DNA of 55,204 nt, the filler included, from Candidatus Omnitrophota bacterium (lineage in GTDB: Bacteria; Omnitrophota; Gorgyraeia; Zapsychrales; JBDRMG01): the NCBI GenBank assembly GCA_043812495.1. It is 5 parts of 4 records of this genome, joined end to end, with 100 filler letters (N's around TTAATTAATTAA, not from the genome) between each part and the next. Parts side by side here need not be neighbours in the genome. Positions count along the whole stretch, not along the records: positions 1 to 20,917 come from JBDRMG010000056.1; 4 more parts are not named here. The stretch is one strand, 5' to 3'. The position numbers and the translations under genes were made by a program. The notes beneath the pieces were generated by a model. It saw only the letters and a list, made by a program, of their open reading frames with translations. It was not told the DNA's origin and did not search any database. The first letter of the stretch is position 1, and each line of letters starts with the position of its first letter. Of the stretch, positions 9,181 to 18,162 are shown piece by piece.

Positions 9181-10141
9181 GCGGCCCTTTCGTTTTACTC
9201 TTGAAATCTTTGATGAGATGTTCCGCAAAGTCGATAATGCGCGTTTCAAGATGTTTCTGATACAGTTCATTCATTTCCACTAGACAAGTCGGTGAAGTCA
9301 CGTTGACTTCGGTCAAGTAATCGCCGATCAGATCAAGGCCAACCAAATACAAACCCAAAGACTTCAGGTGGGATTTGAGGGTGTTAATAATTTCCTGATC
9401 GCGCTTTGTGATATCACAGCCGACACCTTTGCCGCCCGAGAAGAAATTATTTCGATGATCTCCCTCGGCATGCACACGCAAGACCGCGCCGAGTACTTCG
9501 CCGTCCAAAAGAAGGATGCGCTTATCGCCGTTTTTTGCTTCGGGGATATATTGTTGAAGAATGATTTCCTTTGACCAAAATTCGCTTAAGGTCTCAAGAA
9601 TCACATTGGTATTGGTATCACCTCTTTTGATGTAGAAGACCGATGATCCTCCGAAGCTGTTCGTGGGCTTGGCAATGACTTCCTTTTCCTGATCGATAAA
9701 TGCCAAAAGGTCGCTTCGGACACAGCTGACGAGCGTCGATGGCACGATCGACGCAAATCGCGTTGCCCATAATTTTTCATTCGTACAGCGAATGCCGTTA
9801 AGGCTGTTGACAATGGGAACCTGGGGAATAACCCGGTCCAAAAGCCATGTATTGAATAAATAACGCTCATCAAAAGGCGGGTCGTTCCTAATAAATACGA
9901 TATCTGCATCATTTTCCCAAAGGTATTCGCGAGGGCTGACAACAAAAGGTTGTTGCGATTCCTTTTGAGGCTTGACGCGATTCACATGAAACTGTACTCG
10001 ACCGTCTTTGAGAAGAATTCCCCCATCCGGCACATAAAACACGTTGTGTCCCCGCTTATAAGATTCCAGCATCATCCTAAAGGTTGTATCCTTGGCGATC
10101 TTAATCGTTTCAAGAGGATCCATCAGGAAAAGAAAATTCAT
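9173..10141 (-). CDS. gshB: Glutathione synthetase
   Basis: FLMDPLE..KDTT, RNDPPFD, NEKL, GDKRILL, HRNN..GG, TEVNVTSPT. Confidence 0.94.
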   Translation of the reverse strand: MNFLFLMDPLETIKIAKDTTFRMMLESYKRGHNVFYVPDGGILLKDGRVQFHVNRVKPQKESQQPFVVSPREYLWENDADIVFIRNDPPFDERYLFNTWLLDRVIPQVPIVNSLNGIRCTNEKLWATRFASIVPSTLVSCVRSDLLAFIDQEKEVIAKPTNSFGGSSVFYIKRGDTNTNVILETLSEFWSKEIILQQYIPEAKNGDKRILLLDGEVLGAVLRVHAEGDHRNNFFSGGKGVGCDITKRDQEIINTLKSHLKSLGLYLVGLDLIGDYLTEVNVTSPTCLVEMNELYQKHLETRIIDFAEHLIKDFKSKTKGPHA

Positions 10142-11394
10142 TGTTTGGCGGCTCCTTCCAGCTGAACGATTTCCCGATGCGCGGCAACGGCGGCAATGCG
10201 CGCGAGGATGCGATACACGTCAAAAATATTGACATCGTGATGAACGCCGCAATCACCATATTTGCTTAGATGGGGACACATTTTCACAAAATCCATTCCT
10301 TTGGCATTCAGGTTGTCCCTGGTGGTTTTATCCGAATGAGAACGGTAAAACCCTCCGACCAGATTATTCTCGATTTGGTAAATGCAAACCTCGCTCACCT
10401 TGTGATTGATGTTGTAAATCGTTGGCACCCCTTCCTGCAGAAGGTATCGGGTAATAATGTGCGCGCTTTTGCCTTTGTAAAGTTTGTTTTTATTCTTTCG
10501 ATTAAGGTCTAAGATTTCGGATGGATCCTCAAAGGACATAACCCCCATTCCGTACGTACCGGCATCTGCTTTCAAGAATATAAAAGGCTTCTCCTTGATC
10601 TTGTGTTCATCATATTTGCTTTGAATCTGCTTAAGGAGCGTGCCGGCTTGGTCGGCTAAAAGCGCGCGATCCTTATCCACGTTAATGTTGACGTGATCGA
10701 CGGTCAAATTCAGGCATGAAAAAAACCAAGGATCGAGATCAGCAATACGCGCAAATTCATTCATCAATTCGGCGGTATATTGAAAATGATGCGACTTAAG
10801 ACGCGCGTGCCAGCCCGCTTGGATCGACGGATAAATCGGCGCTTGAGCTTGTTTCAAAATATCGGGAATACCGCTTGTGAGGTCATTGTTCATGATAATA
10901 AGGTCGAAATGAAGCCGCCCGGCTCGAATTTCCTTTAAAAGCATCTGAAAACAGCAGATGCGCACGGGTTCGCCCGTAGCGGTCTTAAACTCTACACACG
11001 TCGCTTCTTCGCAAAATTCAGGCTGGATATAGAGAAATGTCGAAACGGTGACTTTAAATCCAGCGCGCTCGATAATTTGCTGCAAGATGCGGATATTCTC
11101 AAGATACCATGTGTTGCGCGTATGCTCTTCGGCGACAATGAGAATATTTTGGCAGTTTTTCACGCGTCTTAAAAGCGCGGTTTTCATATACTTGACGGAG
11201 TCTTCGATTCCGTGTTCGCAAAGATTATTGAATCCGGCCGGAAAAAGATTCGTATCCACAATGGCAACCTTAAACGACGCATCACGGATATCGACCGATG
11301 AATAGAGGGGGAGCTCGGTTTTACTTTCGTGAGAAGCTAACCACTCGTGAATCTGCTCTTGTTTGTTCTTAATGATTTCAATAAAATTTCGCAT
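10138..11394 (-). CDS. gshA: Glutamate--cysteine ligase (divergent 'ferrooxidans'-type GshA)
   Basis: LYSSVDIRDASFKVAIVDTNLFPAGFNNL, EEHTRN.WYLEN, NNDLTSG, KADAGTYGMGV, QEGVPT, GGFYR; coupled to gshB. Confidence 0.88.
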   Translation of the reverse strand: MRNFIEIIKNKQEQIHEWLASHESKTELPLYSSVDIRDASFKVAIVDTNLFPAGFNNLCEHGIEDSVKYMKTALLRRVKNCQNILIVAEEHTRNTWYLENIRILQQIIERAGFKVTVSTFLYIQPEFCEEATCVEFKTATGEPVRICCFQMLLKEIRAGRLHFDLIIMNNDLTSGIPDILKQAQAPIYPSIQAGWHARLKSHHFQYTAELMNEFARIADLDPWFFSCLNLTVDHVNINVDKDRALLADQAGTLLKQIQSKYDEHKIKEKPFIFLKADAGTYGMGVMSFEDPSEILDLNRKNKNKLYKGKSAHIITRYLLQEGVPTIYNINHKVSEVCIYQIENNLVGGFYRSHSDKTTRDNLNAKGMDFVKMCPHLSKYGDCGVHHDVNIFDVYRILARIAAVAAHREIVQLEGAAKQ

Positions 11395-11434
11395 CGTTAT
11401 ACGAAGTTCAAATATTTCTTTCTTGACGGTTGAC

Positions 11435-12223
11435 CTAGGTGCGTAGCTTATATCCGATTTTGAATAGATAAACGGTTAAAAAGAAGACGGAAACAGCGAC
11501 GCTAAAGGCAAAAATCACACTATAAAGTATTGGTATTTCCGTGAGACCCGTCATGCTGTAGCGCATGCCGTTGACGAGATAATAAATCGGATCAAACGTG
11601 GTTATAAAGCGAAAAGCCTGAGGAATAAGTTTGATGGGATAAAACACGCCGCCGACAAAAACCAAGGGCATAATAAAATAGGTGTTAAACATCCCGAGCA
11701 TATTGAAATCTTCGGCCCACAAAGCCCCGAGCATCCCTAAGCAAGAGAAAATACAAGAGATCATGAGGATGAAGTAAATGAGAAGAAAAGGATGAGCGAT
11801 CGACATCGGATTAATCCAAGTGGATAGAAGGAAAATGCCCAGCGTGACCATAACTCCGCGCGCCAGTCCTCCGGCCAAGAGTCCCAAGACCATTTCAAAA
11901 TAGGAAAGCGGCGAGAGAAGTATTTCTTGAATATGATTATGCCAGCGAGCGATAAACAAAGAAGAGCTTGTGTTTTCATACGAACTTGTGATCAAATGCA
12001 TGGTCATGAGACCCGGAATGATAAACTCAAGATACGTCATGTTGATGTCGCCGAAATCAATCCGTCGTCCGATCGCCAGGCCAAAAATGCACATAAACAG
12101 AGCCGATGAGATCAGCGGCGGGACAATGGTTTGCGTGGCCACGGACAAGAAGCGTATGATTTCGCGCTTTGCAAGCGACATCACACCAATGGGATTTGTG
12201 ATGATGACATTATCGGTGTTCAT
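11435..12223 (-). CDS. ABC-2 transporter permease (YadH-like)
   Basis: REIIRF..QTIVPP, YLEFIIPGL, GGVFYPI, PIYYLVNGMRY. Confidence 0.9.
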   Translation of the reverse strand: MNTDNVIITNPIGVMSLAKREIIRFLSVATQTIVPPLISSALFMCIFGLAIGRRIDFGDINMTYLEFIIPGLMTMHLITSSYENTSSSLFIARWHNHIQEILLSPLSYFEMVLGLLAGGLARGVMVTLGIFLLSTWINPMSIAHPFLLIYFILMISCIFSCLGMLGALWAEDFNMLGMFNTYFIMPLVFVGGVFYPIKLIPQAFRFITTFDPIYYLVNGMRYSMTGLTEIPILYSVIFAFSVAVSVFFLTVYLFKIGYKLRT

Positions 12224-12948
12224 TCAGCACCCGTGACTTCCAAAAAGACGGATTCAAGAGACTTATCCTGTAAAACGTCCTGCTTATTTCCGAGGCGAAC
12301 AATACGGCCTTTATGAAGAATGCCGATGGTCCGGCACAGACGCTCAGCCTCTTCCATATAATGAGTGGTCAAGAAAATAGTTTTTCCTTCGCTGTTGAGT
12401 TTTTTGAGATAATCCCAGATGCGGAATTTGAGCTCAAGATCGCAACCGGCGGTCGGCTCGTCCAAAATCAGAACTTCTGGATCATGAATGAGCGCCCGGC
12501 AAATCAATAGTCGTTTCTTCATCCCACCGGACAAGGCCCTGTATTTAACATTTCGTTTTTCATTCAGCTGGAATCGTTCCAGTAATTCATTGGTGCGCTT
12601 TAAGGCAGTTTTTTGGCCAATACCAAAGTAGCCGGCCTGATAAATCAGCATACGCTCAACGGTCAAAAACGGATCAAAATTGAACTCCTGGGCGCAAAGA
12701 CCGACCAGACGGCGGGTTTGTTTGTACTCGGAAACAACGTCGTAGCCAAAAACAGAAACTGTTCCGCTCTGAAAGTTAGAGAGACCGGTGATGGTGTTGA
12801 TGGTGGTTGTTTTGCCGGCCCCGTTGGGACCGAGAAATCCAAAAAATTCTCCGCGTTTTACCTGAAAGGAAATATCGCTGAGGGCCTTAAATGGACCATA
12901 GAATTTTGTCACATTTTTAAGCGTAACGGAGGTTGTTGAATCTCTCAT
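12220..12948 (-). CDS. ABC transporter ATP-binding protein (YadG-like)
   Basis: GPNGAGKTT, LSGGMK, ILDEPTAG, LTTHYMEEAE. Confidence 0.93.
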   Translation of the reverse strand: MRDSTTSVTLKNVTKFYGPFKALSDISFQVKRGEFFGFLGPNGAGKTTTINTITGLSNFQSGTVSVFGYDVVSEYKQTRRLVGLCAQEFNFDPFLTVERMLIYQAGYFGIGQKTALKRTNELLERFQLNEKRNVKYRALSGGMKKRLLICRALIHDPEVLILDEPTAGCDLELKFRIWDYLKKLNSEGKTIFLTTHYMEEAERLCRTIGILHKGRIVRLGNKQDVLQDKSLESVFLEVTGAE

Positions 12949-13004
12949 GGCGTATGATTATAGTTTTTTAGAAAATATCTGTCAATGCACAGTTTATGGT
13001 TAGG

Positions 13005-13130
13005 AAATATTATCATTGTATTTGCTTCATCCCCGCCCGCCATTGATTCAGTGGCGGGCGGGGTTAATTCGGTCATGCACTTATGTTCTGCCGACATATC
13101 GTCGGCATCCATAAGTGCAGACCTCATTAA
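13005..13130 (-). repeat. MITE/REP-like element family A (core palindrome CCCCGCCCGCC-11nt-GGCGGGCGGGG)
   Basis: Homologous segments at 20827-20917 and 47693-47752; degenerate cores at 36170-36212 and 46790-46813. Confidence 0.8.
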
Positions 13131-14101
13131 GAAGAAACCAGCGAAGTCTGATCAAGAAATTGAGTGAGTCGATCAATGATATCTTTCGTTTTGTTCATTT
13201 GCACAAGGTCAGCGCGCAGCTTGGCGATATGGGGCAAACCTTTAAGATAACCCGAATAATGCTTGCGGAAATCAACAATGCCGCTCCGTTGGCCTTTAAA
13301 GCGAACGGATAACTCCAAATGCGCGATGCACATCTTAACTTTCTCTTCAAAGGTCGGCTCGCTAAGAATTTTTCCGGTTTTTAAAAATTCTTTGGCCTGC
13401 TGAAAAATCCATGGATTCGCGACAGCTCCGCGGCCGATCATGACACCGTCACATCCGATCGAGAACATTTGCCGGACATCTTGCGCTGTCTTGATGTCTC
13501 CGTTTCCGACGAGAGGAATGGAAATCCGTTTCTTGATTTTCTCAAGCCAAGACCAATCCGAAATGCCCTTGAAACCCTGTTGGCGGGTTCGGCAATGGAC
13601 CGTCAGCGCCTTGACACCGGCTTGCTCGACAATCTTAACAATATCGAGAATAACGATATTTTCTTGGTCCCAGCCTAGGCGGGTTTTAACGGTTACCGGG
13701 AGCTTGGTGGATTTGACTGTTGATTTCACGATGCGCTCCAATTTGGGAAGGTCGCGAAGTAATCCGGCTCCTTCGCCGCGCATGGCATGATTGCGGACCC
13801 AGCACCCGCAGTTGATATCAATAAAATCAGGGTGGGCACTTTCCGCAATTTTGGCGGCTTCTTCCATGACAGACTCTCGGCCGCCGTAAATTTGAATTCC
13901 TATCGGACGTTCTTCGTCCGTGACCAGAATCTTGTCGAAGGCCTTTCGGGCGTCGCGAATTAGGGCCTCACTGCTTGTAAATTCTGTAAAAAGCAAATCC
14001 GCGCCCAGGCGCTTACAGATCAGACGAAAAGGCGTGTCGGTGATGTCTTCCATAGGCGCAAGAGCCAAAGGTTGATGGATTGATATTTTTCCGATTTTCA
14101 T
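13127..14101 (-). CDS. dusB: tRNA-dihydrouridine synthase B
   Basis: LAPMEDITD.PFR, IDINCGC, PVTVKTRLGW, GNGDI, GVMIGRGA..NPWIF. Confidence 0.92.
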   Translation of the reverse strand: MKIGKISIHQPLALAPMEDITDTPFRLICKRLGADLLFTEFTSSEALIRDARKAFDKILVTDEERPIGIQIYGGRESVMEEAAKIAESAHPDFIDINCGCWVRNHAMRGEGAGLLRDLPKLERIVKSTVKSTKLPVTVKTRLGWDQENIVILDIVKIVEQAGVKALTVHCRTRQQGFKGISDWSWLEKIKKRISIPLVGNGDIKTAQDVRQMFSIGCDGVMIGRGAVANPWIFQQAKEFLKTGKILSEPTFEEKVKMCIAHLELSVRFKGQRSGIVDFRKHYSGYLKGLPHIAKLRADLVQMNKTKDIIDRLTQFLDQTSLVSS

Positions 14102-14215
14102 GGCTGATAGATTATAGCGTATTTGTTCATTAATGCAAATATTCTGCTTCGCAAGATTAGAAAGATTAGGACAGCCGATAGTTTTTGCTTCGCAGGAATA
14201 TCCTGTGATAGAATG

Positions 14216-14254
14216 ATTCTCCGTAGCCCCGCCAAAGGCGGGGCGAAGGAGAAT
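14216..14254. repeat. Intergenic hairpin (REP-like) between divergent dusB and mtaB
   Basis: ATTCTCCGTAGCCCCGCC-AAA-GGCGGGGCGAAGGAGAAT. Confidence 0.55.
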
Positions 14255-14290
14255 ATGTTGATTTCTTGAGAATAGGCGATATACTGTTTA

Positions 14291-15583
14291 ATGCTTATGG
14301 AAAAAACTGTATCCTTTTATACCTTAGGATGTCGTCTCAATCAATCCGAAACCGCGAGTCTTCAAAATCTATTTGAAGAAAGCGGTTATCGTCTTGTTGA
14401 TGGAGATGAACCGGCGGAACTCACCGTTATCAATACCTGTACAGTTACGCAGGGCGGAGATGCGGACACGCGGCGATTGGTGAACAAAATCAATCGCATC
14501 AATCCTGACGCACGCATTGCCCTGATCGGTTGTCAGGCCCAAACCCAGAAAGAAAAGCTTGCCGAACTCCCCAATGTTTGCCTTATTGTGGGCAATGAAC
14601 GGAAGATGGATTTGGTGGATATTGTGCACGAGATTGACCTTTGCGAAGAATGCCAGGTTATCACGCCCACTATACGGCGCGAAAGCTTTACCATGCCCAT
14701 CAAGAAAATTGACCGCGGACATACACGGGCCAATCTCAAAATTCAGGACGGATGCGATTTCTTCTGCTCTTATTGTGAAATTCCTTACGCGCGCGGTCGC
14801 GCGCGGAGCCGTGTTTTTGAGGATGTTCTTCTAGAGGCAAAGGCATTGGCCGCATCGGGTCATAAGGAAATCGTGTTAACGGGCATTAACGTGGGTCTCT
14901 ATAAACATGAAAATAAAACCCTCTTGCACATTCTTGATGCCTTGGAAAAGACTGATGGCTTGGCTCGGGTGCGTATTTCTTCCATTGAACACACGACCGT
15001 GCCTATCGAATTGATTCAACGCATGGGCACGACTAAATTGTGCCGCTTTTTGCATATTCCTTTACAGTCAGGAAGTGATCAAATTCTCAAAGCCATGGAC
15101 AGAAAATACGGCGCTCAAGAATTCGCGGATTTTATCGTCAAGGCTTATCAAATGGTTCCTGAAATTTGTATCGGCACGGATCTGCTGGTTGGTTTTCCCG
15201 GTGAATCCAAGGAACAATTTGAAGAGACCTATCGATTTGTAGAACATCTGCCCGTGGCCTATATGCATGTTTTCAGTTATTCCAAGCGTCACCTGGCCAG
15301 AAGCAAGAATTTGAAAGATGAAGTTCCCGCAGAAAAGATCAAAGACAGAAGTCAGCGGCTTCGTGATTTAAGCAAATCAAAGAGGACAGCTTTTCTCCGA
15401 GGGCTCATCGGAACAACCCAAAATGTTCTTTTTGAAGAAAAACGGCAAGACGAGTGGATCGGCTATACGGATCATTTTGTGCGCGTCAAATACAAATGTG
15501 ACAAAAATATTCAAAACCAAATAATCCCTGTTAAAATGAAAGTGAGTGAATTTCCTTTTATGAAAGGAATAAAAAATGAATAA
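14291..15583 (+). CDS. mtaB: tRNA t6A37 methylthiotransferase
   Basis: TLGCRLNQSE, INTCTVT, KIQDGCDFFCSYCEIPYARGRARSR, HVFSYS, C-terminal TRAM domain. Confidence 0.9.
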   Translation: MLMEKTVSFYTLGCRLNQSETASLQNLFEESGYRLVDGDEPAELTVINTCTVTQGGDADTRRLVNKINRINPDARIALIGCQAQTQKEKLAELPNVCLIVGNERKMDLVDIVHEIDLCEECQVITPTIRRESFTMPIKKIDRGHTRANLKIQDGCDFFCSYCEIPYARGRARSRVFEDVLLEAKALAASGHKEIVLTGINVGLYKHENKTLLHILDALEKTDGLARVRISSIEHTTVPIELIQRMGTTKLCRFLHIPLQSGSDQILKAMDRKYGAQEFADFIVKAYQMVPEICIGTDLLVGFPGESKEQFEETYRFVEHLPVAYMHVFSYSKRHLARSKNLKDEVPAEKIKDRSQRLRDLSKSKRTAFLRGLIGTTQNVLFEEKRQDEWIGYTDHFVRVKYKCDKNIQNQIIPVKMKVSEFPFMKGIKNE

Positions 15584-15740
15584 AGCCCCGATGAGAATCG
15601 ATGTGCGCAGAATGCCTCAAATACCCGATGTCTTTGAATTCACAATCACGGCCGAGGCGATCCGTTCGCAGTTTAGACTTCCGCGGTCTCAGGTTAACCG
15701 CTTGAGAGCTTTGCTTGAGAAAGTGTTAATTGAACAGTAA
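15576..15740 (+). CDS. Small hypothetical protein (54 aa), below the ORF-track cutoff
   Basis: MNKAPMRIDVRRMPQIPDVFEFTITAEAIRSQFRLPRSQVNRLRALLEKVLIEQ; RBS AAAGGA; overlaps the mtaB stop. Confidence 0.6.
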   Translation: MNKAPMRIDVRRMPQIPDVFEFTITAEAIRSQFRLPRSQVNRLRALLEKVLIEQ

Positions 15741-15767
15741 AAGGTTCGTATTGAAAAAGTGTCTTTA

Positions 15768-16213
15768 AACGCAGATGGTCACAGATTGCACGCCCGGCCT
15801 CGACTTGGCCAAAGGCCGAGGCGGGCAGATGGTCGCAGAATTGAAGGTTAATGGATGTTATTTGAGGTTATTGGTCTTTTCCTTATTAATGGAACAGTCA
15901 ATAATATTTTCTCTATACGAGAAAGAAGACCTAATATTGACTTCCACCGTTCCTTTAATAAAGAGAAAGTCAATAATGAGGTTAAAAAGGTTACTTCTTG
16001 GAGGTTATCAGAGGTTACAAGAGGTTATCCAAACAGTAACCTTTTTGCAACCTGAAATTAACCTTTTTAAGGCAACCTGATTAACCTCGATAACTTTAGC
16101 TAACCTTTATAACCTTTGAAGAGATCAACCCTCGGCTGAAGATTCGCGTGAATCTGCCCGCCTCGGCTCTCGCCTCATCGAGGCCGGGCGTTTGATTCGC
16201 GTAAATCTGCGTT
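15768..16213. repeat. About 445-bp nested inverted-repeat element (family C arms around GAGGTTA/TAACCT microrepeats)
   Basis: AACGCAGAT...ATCTGCGTT termini; ACGCCCGGCCTCGA...GCCGAGGCGGGCAGAT at about 15790-15830 is inverted at about 16152-16191; related copy at 41034-41159. Confidence 0.75.
15868..15945 (+). repeat. 78-bp AT-rich hairpin repeat family D, copy 1
   Basis: TTATTGGTCTTTTCCTTA...CTATACGAGAAARAAGACCTAATATYGACTTCC; second copy at 21236-21313. Confidence 0.75.
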
Positions 16214-16247
16214 CAAAATGGTTTTGTCAATGTCAACCAAATAACCG

Positions 16248-17033
16248 ATGTTAGAACAGATCCTATTCGGAATCACCCAAGGCATTGCGGAATGGCTTCC
16301 TGTCAGCTCTGAAGGCGTGATGCTTTTGATCAAGACGCATATATTTGGAGCTTCCCAGGCCATTGGAGATACGCTCAGGTATATGTTGTTCCTGCATCTG
16401 GGAACTTTTCTTGCCGCTTTAATCTATTTCCGGAAAGACGTAAAACAACTTCTCATTGTTTTATTCCATTTCTCAAAATCAAATCAGGAAAATCAGAAGA
16501 TCCTGCAATTTCTCATTAGCACAACGGTGATCAGCGGTCTTTTGGGATTAGTTTTCCTGCACTATTTAGACAACGCTACAGCAATTCCGGGAAAAATCGC
16601 TACGCTCATTGTCGGTTGGTTGCTCATCGCAACAGGACTGCTTCAAATCGCGAGCAAACAAGGAGGAAAGAGATCACCTCATGACATCACCCAAAGAGAC
16701 CGAGTTATTTTGGGCCTGGCCCAGGGTTTTGCCGTGCTGCCGGGTTTATCCAGATCCGGCCTGACCGTGGCATCGCTTTTATTATTGGGATTCGACAAGG
16801 TCCAGGCGATCCGTTTGAGCTTCTTGATGAGCTTACCCATCGTTCTCTTCGCTAATATTATTCTTAATGTCAAAGATTTTAATCCGCATAATGCCTCATT
16901 TTTAGGATTGATTTTCTCCTTTATTTTCGGACTTGCCACTATCCACCTATTCATTAAGATTGCCCAGAAAATCAATTTTGGCTATTTTGTGGCCATCTTT
17001 GGTTTACTTACCATTTTATCCGCTTTGATCTAG
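16248..17033 (+). CDS. uppP: Undecaprenyl-diphosphate phosphatase
   Basis: QGIAEWLPVSSEG, LHLGT, AVLPGLSRSGLT, SFLMSLP. Confidence 0.92.
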   Translation: MLEQILFGITQGIAEWLPVSSEGVMLLIKTHIFGASQAIGDTLRYMLFLHLGTFLAALIYFRKDVKQLLIVLFHFSKSNQENQKILQFLISTTVISGLLGLVFLHYLDNATAIPGKIATLIVGWLLIATGLLQIASKQGGKRSPHDITQRDRVILGLAQGFAVLPGLSRSGLTVASLLLLGFDKVQAIRLSFLMSLPIVLFANIILNVKDFNPHNASFLGLIFSFIFGLATIHLFIKIAQKINFGYFVAIFGLLTILSALI

Positions 17034-17168
17034 TTTTGCTTCCTGAAGAAATTTTCTCATAATGAATACAAATGCCGCATCTTTCTGTGGTATAAATAGG
17101 TGCCATTGTTATTTATTTTGTTTAATACTTCATAGGGCATTAAGAAACAAGAAATGATAGAAATGGAA

Positions 17169-17275
17169 GAATGGCACCTGATTCCAGAGATTATTGAGTG
17201 ATTACACAGATTTGATTTCCGACGATATATAAATCTGTGTAATCAATTTTATAATCATTGTAATCAGGGCCATTC
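17169..17275. repeat. Long imperfect AT-rich palindrome
   Basis: GAATGGCACCTGATT/AATCAGGGCCATTC outer arms; perfect 15-bp inner arms TGATTACACAGATTT/AAATCTGTGTAATCA. Confidence 0.65.
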
Positions 17276-17317
17276 AATGATTTTTGCTATCTAATCACCT
17301 TGCAATAGGTTATGGAG

Positions 17318-17497
17318 CCCCACGGCTAAAGCCGTGGTACCTTTATTATTACCCTGCTTCGCTCCAAAATTTTCATTTGGGAGCTTCGCAGGGTTCATCC
17401 GCCAAAATATCTTTCTGGCGGAATCCGCCGAAGCCGTACCGTCGTTTTCGCCTTCCTCCACGGCTAAAGCCGTGGTCTCCGGCGAAGGCGGATGAAT
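17318..17497. mobile_element. Non-autonomous IS200/IS605-like palindrome-associated element (PATE-like)
   Basis: Two identical hairpins CCACGGCTAAAGCCGTGG (17320-17337, 17458-17475), resembling the IS200 end hairpin at 47142-47161, with no ORF between them. Confidence 0.6.
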
Positions 17498-17586
17498 AAT
17501 CCTTTACCCTAAATGAGAATGGCCCAAAAAATGTGTAACTTTTTCAGGTTTAAACCGTTTAACTAAACGGGAGCGAGAAAAGAGCC

Positions 17587-18162
17587 ATGAGACCGACAGA
17601 TGAGGAGTTAATTTTGGACTACCAAGCAGGAAACGTAAGCGCGCTGGAAGAAGTTTTCCATCGCTACAAAAAACCTGTGCTCAATTTCTCGCTTCGCATT
17701 CTCGCAAACCGTGCCGACGCCGAAGATGTGGTCGGCGATGTCTTTGTGGCTCTTTCTTCCCAGAAGTACACGCAAAGACCCGGGATCAAATTCTCAACTT
17801 GGCTCTTTAAAATCGCTCGCAATTGCTCGATCTCAAAGATTCGAAAACGAAAGAAACTCACATTTATGTGGTTTAAGGACAAAAAAACAGATCAAGACTG
17901 CGCATGGGATATTCCAGATAACGAAGACTCAAGCTCTGAAGTATTGATCAAAAAGGAAAAGGCCGATTATGTCCAACAAGCGATCCAAACATTACCGATT
18001 CAGCAAAAGGAAGCGATTATCCTGCGCGAGTATCACGCGCTTAGCTACGATCAAATCGCCGAAATTATGGAATGCTCTCTGGACAATGTCAAAATCCTCA
18101 TCTTCAGGGCCCGCGAACAATTAAAGAAAAAACTCCGGAGTCTTATTAAGGAGGACGAATGA
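17587..18162 (+). CDS. ECF (sigma-70 group 4) RNA polymerase sigma factor
   Basis: DEELI...DAEDVV, FSTWLFKIARN (region 2); LP..QKEAIILREYHALSYDQIAEIM...VKILIFRAR (region 4). Confidence 0.93.
   Translation: MRPTDEELILDYQAGNVSALEEVFHRYKKPVLNFSLRILANRADAEDVVGDVFVALSSQKYTQRPGIKFSTWLFKIARNCSISKIRKRKKLTFMWFKDKKTDQDCAWDIPDNEDSSSEVLIKKEKADYVQQAIQTLPIQQKEAIILREYHALSYDQIAEIMECSLDNVKILIFRAREQLKKKLRSLIKEDE

Noticed and set aside
15775..16080. 101-aa and 66-aa ORFs between mtaB and uppP
   Set aside because: They lie entirely within the nested palindromic element and look like repeat translation
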